A stretch of DNA of 64,000 nucleotides from assembly GCF_006345805.1 (NCBI RefSeq), contig NC_043010.1, positions 59,830,001 through 59,894,000 of the forward strand. Reading direction: 5' to 3'. Each line of letters opens with the position of its first letter. Positions within the stretch are counted from its first letter, which is position 1. The position numbers and the translations under genes were made by a program. The stretch comes from Octopus sinensis (taxonomy: Eukaryota). Of this stretch, positions 52,762 through 64,000 are shown piece by piece. Under the pieces are notes generated by a model, which saw only the letters and a program-made list of their open reading frames with translations, did no database searches and was not told the origin of the DNA.

Positions 52762-54782
52762 CACACACAACCGGCCACCCCCATTATGATTATATATAAA
52801 AGATGGTCGAGCTGTTTATATATGTCGATATATTTTATATTGTTTATAGAATAACGGTTACACATACATACGTGTATATATATTCGCACACATGTTCTCT
52901 CACACGGACACAAAATATATGGAGAAGAATTGATGCAAAATGCATGTGAAAAAAGAAAAAAGCGGTAAAAATGTAGGCAGGAGAGAAAGTGCGTGAGAGA
53001 ATGAAGAAGCATTAATCTAGGATGTAGAAAAATTCTAGATGAAGATGCTATTTCCTTCCTTCCTTCCGTCTGCCATTCCCTCGTGATGATGCCATTCCGA
53101 TTTTGTCACCAATTATAATAGTCTCTTTCATTTCCAATCCAGCAATCAACCTCGCTAATCCCAAGTTTTATTTTTTTTTAGTTGTTTTAAGATATATTTT
53201 TTTTAGGGGAAATACCAGCCTCCCCACTTTGTGTAATTAAGGGAGTGTGTGTGTGTGCTTCTGTTTTATTTATTTACAAACCCCCCCCCCTCCTCTATTA
53301 TTACCATTTTCTTTCCTAAAGTGGTTTATTTCTCATTGGATTATCGCAACAGATTATTCGTCTCCAATTTCTGATTTAAAAGCGAAATTAATTATATCAA
53401 GTCATTAATTATTTATTATTATTAGATGATGATGATGATGATTATTGCTATATAAACATCAGCCGTTGATACCGTTCTGTCAACATCCAGTTTCTACGTC
53501 CGACATGCTAGAAATAGCAGCCAAGTACTCTCATTTTTAACCCGACTGTCTTAAAAGGTCATGTAGTCGAAGATATTTGTGGTGGGGGTTGTGACTGGAT
53601 TGTCTTGGATTTACGAGACGAGGCCAATTTCCAACCTGACACTAACAGGGATGATGGAGATAACCTAGATTAGTCCATGTCTTCCGCAGATCGCACTCGA
53701 CGATGTAGATATGCATAAAGACGTGACGGTCACTGTTGGAAGGCTTTTCATGGTCCCTGAGAGTCTAATAGAAGAAAGTAAAAATCGAATAGGAACTATT
53801 GTGGGAAGCCTTCTCAGTGGCCCCAGAAGGTTGTATTTTTGGATGTCATCTGTGCCAATCTCGATGCTAGAAACAGCAGCTAAATCTCTTTCAAATCAAA
53901 CCTTACCACTAAGAAAGTAAGGAGAGTGTAATATGTTGTCCAACATGTATAATATCTGACAAATATACGAACCGGAATCTGCTAAAACGTTGGGCTGCCC
54001 CCCATCCCCCCAAAGAAAGAAACATGAGTTTTATGTATTAATTATTTCATTGAGAATAAAGTCTTTAATTACAATCTAGTTAATATCTTTCAATGTGTTT
54101 GGCTTATACTACGATTGGCACAGCTTTTGTGTCTGACTTGAGAAAGAGAGAGAGAGAGAGACTGGTGTGCAACGATAGCATGTGCCTGTGTATATAATGA
54201 TGCGTGTTCTTCTTTAATTTGTCTCAGAAGCATCGTAAAATCGAGAGGTTAAAAGTAATAGAAATACAATGATAGATACCCGCCATTAACTAAATACTTG
54301 TATCTGGGGTAGTAGCACATTCGGAACGATCTTTTCTCCCCCCCCCCCGTTTTCCTCTTCTTTGTTATAATTTAGTGTTTAAATGATGCAGTTCGCCTGT
54401 TAACGCTCCCCACCAGCGGCCAACGGTACCTCTTTACATCCCGTATTAGACTTGTAGGACAGCATTCGTAAATGTAGAGACAATTGTCAATAGTAGGTGG
54501 ACATTGTGCTTGAGCAGAATAAGGCGAAGGCATAAACCATTACAACTCAACATTTACAGAGAAGAAAAAACATTTCCCCGAGAAAAGTATCAACTTCCGC
54601 AGAAAACGACTGATTCGCCGAAATCGGTTGCTCTGGGAAAAGATGACGCAAAAGCCCCAAATAAAGACATCTAAACCCTCAGACGAACGGAAGAATTTAT
54701 CACGTTTTTTAATTAAAGAAAAACAAAAGCTCAAACTGACAAATGGGGGACGATAAGGATGTGCCCCAAAATATAATAAAAA

Positions 54783-55212
54783 GGCAATCTTTCGTCTCTA
54801 GTAGACCTTTCCGTCGATTTCCGTAAATTTTTTTTTTTTTTTTTACATATGGGCTTGCGGGAACTTTTGAAGTAATGAGAGCGAAAGAGACTAAGAGAAA
54901 GCGATTGTATGACGAGGGAAGTTCTTTTGAAGTTACCGTGCATGGGAAGCATTGATGGACATGTGTGTGTGTGTGTGTTTGATGGGGTGTGGGAGACAGA
55001 CAGTATGTTGTGTAAGTGAAGTGCTTCTGTTAGTGTGTGGGAAGAGACAGACAGAGTAATGTGTGAAAGAGAGAGATAATTGAAATTTTTTACTCGGTGT
55101 ATGTGTATATGTATGTATATTACTTCAAAAGTTCCCGCAAGCCCATATGTAAAAAAAAAAAAAAATTTTTACGGAAATCGACGGAAAGGTCTACTAGAGA
55201 CGAAAGATTGCC
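54783..55212. repeat. Near-perfect inverted repeat with about 94-bp arms
   Basis: 54783-54876 and 55119-55212 differ only in homopolymer runs; the spacer of about 240 nt is GT/GA-rich. Confidence 0.88.
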
Positions 55213-55864
55213 ATAAAAAGATATTGGTGTACATTATCGAGGAAAACTTAGTTCATAAATATCTTCTGATCTTCATTTTAAAAACAAAGAATCCACCAAA
55301 AAGGCAAACACTAAGAATTCGTTTCACTTTATTCTTTATTTATACCCTTTGTTGTTGTCCAGCTCCAGGTTAGCCCTGATGAAGGAAATTTTATCAGGCA
55401 TTCTAACCATGGCCATCTTGTCTTTGCAGAGAAGACACTATGTTTTCCAATGTGTCATTTCTTTTGAATGACTGGTGGAGATTTGGCTGTTATTTCTAGC
55501 AAGATGAGAGCACAGAGTGAACCATTTAAGTACAGCACAATTGTAACAAGTTCTTCCTCTCATTTATCTGGAAAACGAGCAAGTTCCATGTCTGTGTAAA
55601 GAATCGATATTACACACACACACGCGCGCTTCCGAAGGAATATTTGGAGAAGTTTTTATAAAAATAAATAAAAGTAATTTACGAAAATTAGGTCAAGTAT
55701 TATTGAATTTATATTTAATTTGATTTGCCTTTTAAAGTGACGTAGCATCTGTTAGTCTAGAAAAAGTCTAATCAATTGGATGAAAGCGAAACTAAATTGG
55801 AGGTGTGGCTAGGTGATTTCAATTTCCCGTTCAGTCGTAAATGCTTGGCTGGATCTCAGGCTAA

Positions 55865-56050
55865 ACTGCTGGCTGTGTGTGTGTGTGTGTTTGTGTCTCT
55901 ATACGGCTGTGTGGGTTTATGTCCCACACTGACTGCTGGCTGTGTGGGTTTATGTCCCAGACTCACTGCTGTGTGTGTGTGTGTGTGACTGTGTCTCTGT
56001 ACGGCTGTGTGGGTTTATGTCCCACACTGCTGGCTGTGTGTGTGTGTGTC
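55865..56050. repeat. Minisatellite (ggctgtgtgggtttatgtcccacact interleaved with GT tracts)
   Basis: Three copies of the core and two of a longer unit. Confidence 0.8.
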
Positions 56051-56635
56051 CCCGTGTGTCACAAATTGACAGCTGTGTGAATATGTGTTTATGGAGTCTC
56101 CTACGACTATGGCTGGCAGGCAGGCGGAGAGAGAGAGAAAAGAGCTGTGAGACGAATGTTACAATACCTATCGCCATTGATAAAACATCTACGTAAGCTG
56201 GTGTCACACAACCAACTCAGCAGTCACACACGGCAGACAACGATTATTAATTCACTTAACTCACAACATAATAAATAAACTCGACAAGTCACAGAGAATA
56301 AACAGACACTCTTCTTTCTGTAACAAATGTTTGGCTTTCTTTTTGTTTACATAAATATTGTCGGTCAGGGTTGGTGATGGCGGCGGCGGTGACTGCCGTG
56401 GAATTTGCTTTAAAGATGGTGTTTTCGTTGCTAAACATTCTTCTCCTTTCTGCGACTTTATGTAGCAGGATTGCTTAGGGGGCTGCGTATATACACTCGC
56501 TGTATACATGACCTCCTACACGACATGCAGGGGTCATGCGAGTGTACAGCACATAGATGCACTTGTATTACATGTCTATACAGCAACTCAAGTCTATTCT
56601 CAGGACTACAAACACTCGCACGTGTGTGGGTGTCT

Positions 56636-57555
<920 letters not shown>

Positions 57556-58084
57556 TAATGATGCTCAACATCTGTGTGTCTGTATTGCATGAAAGGGAAT
57601 AGAAGATACATAAAATTTACTTTCCATTGTCGTTAGGGGGCTTAAAGTGGGGGGAACAGCCTCTCTGAAAGTCCAAATACCTCCGATTTCCATGAAAACA
57701 ACAACATAACTACCAGCTACTAAATAAAGATGATTTCCAAAATTTCACCATCTTACATTATTATATAAGTCCCCCCCCCCAATGGGGTTTATAACATGGG
57801 GCAGAGCCCCTTTACATCCGCTTGTCATGGAAGATACATAAAATTTAAGAGTGTGTTCTTGGAGTAAGTTTACTACAAAACTTCAACAATGCATATCTCA
57901 TGTGTATATATATGTATATATATATATATATATTTACATAGATATATATATATACACATGTATGTATGTATATGTGTATGTATATATATACATGTATGTG
58001 TATATATATATATACATGTGTGTATATGTGTATGTGTGTATATATATATATATATACATGTATGTATATGTGTATGTATATATA

Positions 58085-58282
58085 ACGGGAAAGTTTACGA
58101 AAATAAACAAAAGACGAAGGCAGGAGGAGTACAAACAAACAAATGTATTAGTATGGCGCTCAGGAATAGAAATAGAAAAAGTCTTTTACGTTTCAAGCCT
58201 ACGCTCTTCGACAGAAAGATACACAGAAAAGAACAAGGAGAGAGAAAGATGCATGTAGGAGCTAAATGTACGTATGTGTGTA

Positions 58283-58337
<55 letters not shown>

Positions 58338-58371
58338 GTGTATATATATACACACATGTGTATATATATTT

Positions 58372-58408
<37 letters not shown>

Positions 58409-58650
58409 CATATAGTTTTAAATATATATATATATATATATATAGATAGATATAGTTAATCCAAACATGAAAACACAACAACGCGAGGACGTGGAACAAG
58501 TATAGTGTTACTGGATGCTCAGGAAAGGAAAGAAAGAAGGAAGATTTAACGTTTCGAGCAGAGCTCTTCGTCAGAAACACAGAAAAGGGAAAGATCCAAG
58601 GAAGGGAAGACGGAGGGGAAAAAAATCGCCAATGATACACACGCGAAATA
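58085..58650 (-). mobile_element. Probable Penelope-like non-autonomous element with two hammerhead-like motifs
   Basis: Minus strand: TCTTT-CTGTCGA-A-GAGC-GTAG-GCTT-GAAA-CG-TA-AAAGA (58182-58219) and CTGACGA-A-GAGC-TCT-GCTC-GAAA-CGTTA (about 58544-58578), each followed by a pyrimidine tract and TTCCTGAGC. Confidence 0.6.
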
Positions 58651-59008
58651 TATATATACATATATATATAATACAAAATACACAGTTATGTCTTGAGTTA
58701 GCTAGTAATAACAATAGTGAAAATATAAAACAGACTGGAGTTGTGGGGCTCCAAATGAGCTATATTCCACTTGTTAGTTTGAAGGGAGGCAATGTGAGCA
58801 GGAACTAAAGGAACATTACGAAGATCCACACTCAAAGATCAAATACAAACACATATTCATTTATATCTACAGAACGGATACAAAATTCGACTTATATAAA
58901 TATAATAATATATATAGATAAAAATTATATAATATATATAGGAATCAGTGCTACATACAAAACAGTGAATTTACGCTTAAAGTTATAAAACATTGGTAAA
59001 TTAATAAT

Positions 59009-59141
59009 TTGGGATAATACAACATATAAAGGACATATTAAAACGACATATTAAAATTTGTATTTTTGTATGTTTTCTGTATTATTTCTGGAATTTTAAT
59101 ACGTCATTTTAATATGTCCTTTATATGTTTTATTATCCCAA
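59009..59141. repeat. Imperfect inverted repeat with about 50-bp arms
   Basis: tgggataata..catataaaggacatattaaaa.gac.tattaaaatt versus aattttaata.gtc.ttttaatatgtcctttatatg..tattatccca. Confidence 0.8.
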
Positions 59142-59599
59142 AATATACATGTATGTATGTATATATGTGTATGTATATATATTTATGTATTCACACTGGT
59201 ATGGTGTGCACTTCAGAGCATGTAATTTATAATTCAAGCATAATTGCAGAGTATTTATAGTAAATAAGGGATCAAGAAATTATATGTAAAGTTTCTTAGG
59301 GTTGTTTCTAGAATAGCTGAGCATAGGGATCATATGTCATTGAGCAAAGCTTTCCATGTGAGCCAACTGTTCCGTCTTTGGAAAGAAAGAATTAAGGAAT
59401 ATCTTTGATAAAGGATATTAGTGGTTACCAGTTCATCGAAGAATTAAAGAACATACTCAGTGAAAGATAAGGGTGGTTAGAGAATTAAAGAAATCCTTAG
59501 TGAAAGACAATAGCAGTTCGTAGTTCCCTATTTGAAGAATCAAGGAATATTCTTTGTAAAAGATGAAAGAAGTTCTTAGTTCCATCTTTGAAGAGAAAG

Positions 59600-60260
59600 T
59601 TGACACATATCACAGGAAACTATGTAAATCTCAGAAAAGAACTTGCTGAAGAATATGGTGCAGAAATAAGTCAGCAGCTTAAATGATGAGTTCATTTCCT
59701 ATCTGATACCCTGCATAATGGAATCCTTGAGGCACATGCTCATAACACCCCACATGAGGTGAGAAAAGAAGTTGAAGATTCCATGTTTATTGATGTTATA
59801 TGTGATTGCTCTGGCATGGAACAAGAATCAATTATTGTCGTTTTATTTCTGAAAACCAGGATGTCCACAAAGATTTCCTCAGCTTTGATGACCCTCCTGA
59901 CCACACCTTGGACACACTGACTAAGGCTATTCTGGATGTTTTTGGTTGCCTAAACATTTCTCTGGACTCAAAATTATGCTGCTTCTGTCTTTGATGGTGC
60001 AGGTACCATGAGCGGAAACCTTCCAGGCACACAAAAGAGATTAAAAGACATGTTTCCTGGTACATACTTTGTACACTGCAGAAACCACTCTCTGGGTTTT
60101 GTCCTCCAAGAAGCTGGATCTACAATTGTCCTGGCCACTGATGCATTGAGCTCTGTTCACCAAAACACCATTCTTCTGAAAGCGTTACAGACCAGTCTTT
60201 GTGATGAGAATGTCATCATGTTGCAAGCCTGTGTCTGTTGCACTAAGTGAGAGAATGTTC
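59600..60260 (+). mobile_element. Degenerate hAT-family transposase remnant (ZMYM1-like)
   Basis: Frameshifted translation VHKDFLSF...TLTKAILDVF...DGAGTMSG..GTQKRLK...YFVHCRNHSLGFVLQEA contains the hAT DGA and CxxH motifs. It is preceded by short direct repeats (gaagaattaaggaa, 59380-59600). Confidence 0.75.
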
Positions 60261-62413
60261 AGCACCTTTCACTGTTTGAAGACCTCACTCCATACCACAA
60301 TGACGCAACACCGTCTGACACACTGGGCTGTAATGCATGGACACAAAAACTTGTGCAATGGAAACACTTTGCACATCCTCTTGGAAAACTTCATCACCAA
60401 AACGAACCAGTTTGGAAAAATTTGGGGAATGATTTGAAGCATTGCTTTGCCATATATTTAAAAAAAAAAATATTACTAGACCTGTGTTTGTTTTGATATT
60501 ACGATCGAAAAAAATATTTGGGCCTGAGCTTTTATCCCGTAAGCAAATTTCATTCCTGGGCCACTGTCAGCAGTGTATACTGAATGTTTTAGTGTCAGAA
60601 ATAACACATACACAGAATCACACCACCCATACACGTTGCTATATGATGTGTTGAGGTATGTGTATTTGTATACATACCATAAACACTGGCACCATTAATA
60701 GTATCCCCACCACTACATCACTGTGGTTGTGTACACCATTGCTACACAACAGCATCACCTTGAACCAATGAAGCAGCTTCTTGGCAGATGGTCACACAGA
60801 CAGAAATAACAACCAAATTTCCCTTGACCCTTCAGCATTTGAACCAGCCAAATCTGGCCCAAATATTCTACCTTTTTTTCTGTTCAAAGCAGCCCTTCAA
60901 TGTCATTCTAATATTATAAACAATCACACCATTGAAATCTTGAAGCTATGAGATAATGTATGATTAACTGAAAACAGTGTGGATAAATAAGGATTACATT
61001 TGACAATAATCTGAATAATGCCAAGGGGTCAAGTCACACTTGAAAAAAACAAAAGAACGACACATTGGAAAAGCAATGTCTGAATAAAAGACTGGAGGGT
61101 CACTGCTTGAAAGTCTGATGATCGGTCTACTAGATCAGTGTTGACCTTGGGTTGAACAATACTCCAACACTAACACCACATTTTCATTATTACCACCTTC
61201 ACCACTAGGCTACCACCTCACCAAATTCCATACTGCACAGGTCCTGGATGCAGAATCTCTCAAGAGAGAATGTTTTGCACATTGTGAAGCTGGGAGTCCA
61301 TCAAGCAAAGTCAGTTCTTGTAATAATAATGAAGGTTTTCTGTATTTCCCTACACTCTTTCCATAGCCAGAACATTTAACTATTGACGACCAGGTCACTT
61401 TCTATACGTAGATACTACAGTGTGGTATAATTCATCCATAAAAAAGACATTTAAATATTAGCAACTCATTAATTAACATTAACAGACAGAAAAAAAAGTG
61501 ACTGATCAAAAAGCGTTGTGAGTGGATTTGGATGATGGAAACTGAAAGAAGCCTGTTGTGTGTTTGTGTCCGTGTCCATGTCTTGACATCATGTGATTGT
61601 TGTAAATGAATGTTACTAATTCCCCATGTTCTGTGAAAATATTTCCGGCATGAGGAAATATTACCTTCCTTAGGAACAAGTTTGGCAACAGGAAGAGCTT
61701 CAAATAAACTCTGTCCAACCCAGCAAAGCATGGAAAAGGGAACATTAAGAGGATGGTTGGCATTCACTGGAATGGTTTCTGCTCCAAGAATTTCAGGAAG
61801 AAATGAAGATCCTATGTGGGGAAACTTTTATAAGGTACTTCTCATTTTGAAGAAGTTGATGTTATCAAGTTCAGCAGGATAGCTTTTACTGAAACTTTTC
61901 AGTTGTGGCCATCATATTATTGGTCACTGATAAGGGAGAGAAATTCAGTGAAGCAAAGAAGATGTTTCCATTACATTTAAGATTGTTGAAGTGAAAGAGC
62001 AATGCTGTGGAAATAAATGACACAAAATTGTGTTGTCCAACCAACGTATACCAAATGTTTTAAGATAGAAACTATGTGACACGTCCATGTTTTTATAACA
62101 CAATACACCTTTCAAACCACTCCAAGAAGTGGAATTATTGGTGGAAGACATGGCTATTACACCAAATATCCATTTGTGAGAAGAATCTTGTATGAATGTA
62201 TTTAACAACTGAAGAAAACACCAATTCTCAACTAATTCCATCCCCAATAATGTTTCTTGTATTCTCTAAGCCATCAGCTTTAATCATCTCTCACTTCTTG
62301 CTAATATGCCAGCTAATCTTTCTCCCACTTTTTGCTGTCTAATCTTTATCTCTGCACTGAATTATATCAATTACTGTAGATGTTTATTAATTTAGTCTGT
62401 TCTTTCTATTTAG

Positions 62414-63224
62414 CAGAATCACAATCATCTTACAGAGGACCAGAAACAACACACCATTGGCCATGAGGAATCTCTGAGAATTCACAATGGCTTCCAACCA
62501 AATTGGAATTGAGCAGAGAGAAACAACATGAAGAAATCCTGGAAGAATTAGGTTTAAAATGTCTACTGCCTTTTCATAACATCTGTCAATGGGGGTCTAA
62601 CGAATAATCTGCAAATTATTAATCCTACATGATATATACTCACTACACCCATATAATAATAATAAAACATTGTGTACAGCGCTCAGGTGCACTACAACTC
62701 ATCTAAAGTGTATGTATAGTGCATAGGGTAATGTACAAGCGTCAGGAAAAGAACAGTGCATGAGTCATGACATACACATATGTGTATGAGTATGGAAGGG
62801 GGACAATCAGGTGTAGTTTTGGCGGATTTCAGAAAGCATGAGGGCCTTAAAGGATGCAGTGTCATGGCAGTCAACAACTGACGCAGGCAATTTGTTCCAT
62901 GCTTCAGCAACTCTGAGCATGAAAAAATGTTTCCGAAAGTCATGGGAGCTGTGCTGTTTTCTGACTTTGTAGGCATGTCCACGTGTGTTGGACACATGGA
63001 GATCAAAAAGGTGTTCAGTGTTGTTGTTGGTGAGGTGGTTGATAACCTTGTGGGTGTTTACCAAGTCCGTCGCCAGATGCCGGAGCTTCAGTGAATCCAT
63101 GCCCAGGGAAATATATTTATTTTAGGAGTGTATAGCAGTGAGAGAGAGAGACCATTACCAAGACAGACTTGTGAAAACTCCAAAGAGACAATTACCTTCA
63201 CCTCCAGGTGATGCTAGAAATTGA
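62414..63224 (+). pseudogene. Two diverged protocadherin tail exons (ghost unit 8): 62414-62551 and 63126-63224
   Basis: tttag|CAG acceptor, ending KQHEEILEEL-G|gt (compare RQYEEIPAMS-G). The second exon reads G-VYSS...HYQDRLVKTPKRQLPSPPGDARN* (compare G-IYGS...QYQDRYVKPPERQLPSTPDVITN*). Each exon carries one frameshift. Confidence 0.8.
62655..63108 (-). mobile_element. 5'-truncated CR1-group LINE 3' end inside the last intron of ghost unit 8
   Basis: Minus ORF 62807-63100: SLKLRHLATDL...NTRGHAYKV...FFMLRVAEAWNKLPASVV; (TTA)n tail at about 62655. Confidence 0.85.
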
Positions 63225-64000
63225 CTGTCAACGACCATGACGACCAATTGTAGGATAATTTTTCAAAGTGAACATAAAGACTTACACCAGTGGAGTTTAA
63301 GTCAGCTTCTTACAAATGTCTGCTCTTGGAGTTTGAGAAAAGAAACATCCCCTTATTGATATTCCAACAAGAAATTAATATTTTCAAAGTTGCCCTTAAT
63401 TAATCACCTCGTTATTTTATGGTTTAAGCTTTATCTTCACAGACTGGTTTTTTGTTTTTAGATGTATAACAAATATGACCAATATTTTAAACAATTTTAT
63501 GTATTTTGTTAGTTAAAAGTTTGATAAGAAAAATATTAATCATGTAGAAAAATTACTCAGATTATCACCAATCTCAAATTAAAAAGTGTAATTATTAGCA
63601 GCTGTGATTAAGTGTAACAGAACCCTCTGCTGGAATATGAACCCAGATGTCATATGAGTTGGGTGACTGCTCTATTCTTTCAAGCAGAAAATAAGGTCAC
63701 CTATTATTGATTTCTCATCAACAACATCATTTGTCGGCAATCATATGAACATTAAATTGTTCTTAATAAACTGTTTCCATCTGTTGTTTTATGTCACTGA
63801 GATATTAATTAGTGTACAAATTCTCATTCTTTACAATATATTTAAATGATACAGAAGTGGAGGGAAACCTTTAATCATGGGTTAATCCAATTAAAATAGG
63901 TTCCACTCACACACATATTCAAAAACTAAGATGGGAAAGTAGTTTGACTGGTCTGTCTGTCTGTCTGTCTCATATTCATCATCAACATAAACTTATTGCC

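Larger units (their letters stand above)
46385..55505. repeat. Dispersed short repeat family (core gatttggctgctatttctagc), at least 8 scattered copies in both orientations
   Basis: Cores at about 46391, 49600, 49928, 51840, 52541 and 55478 (+) and 53507 and 53866 (-). The span given is the range of occurrence, not one element. Confidence 0.6.

Noticed and set aside
59380-59600. Spaced direct repeats superficially like a CRISPR array
   Set aside because: Degenerate, irregular repeats next to a hAT remnant in a eukaryotic genome; no cas genes.

Overview
Eukaryotic, AT-rich, repeat-rich DNA, most likely from an octopus or other coleoid cephalopod (inferred from octopus-type tRNA SINEs, RTE/CR1 LINEs and the gene content). 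Positions 1-43.8 kb are a head-to-tail tandem array of protocadherin genes on the + strand: the 3' end of one unit (copy 0), four intact units (copies 1-4) and one unit with two homopolymer frameshifts (copy 5). Each unit has a conserved promoter with a non-coding leader exon, one large exon (signal peptide, 6 EC repeats, TM, proximal tail; 783 codons), a 154-nt exon and a terminal exon with 119 coding nt, giving about 873 aa. The copies are almost identical except for four short patches in EC2-EC3, and each gene carries a different combination of those patches. The EC3-EC4 linker lacks canonical Ca2+ ligands, and the spliced tail, which no single ORF in the track reconstructs, contains QYEEIP and RQLPSTP, matching Src-family SH2 and SH3 ligand motifs. 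From 44 kb onward the array decays into ghost units: two well-preserved promoter/leader exons and several degenerate tail exons, with no ectodomain exon. These lie among SINEs, a hAT remnant, long inverted repeats, TA arrays and two hammerhead-like motifs. All comparisons were made by eye; no alignment or database search was run.
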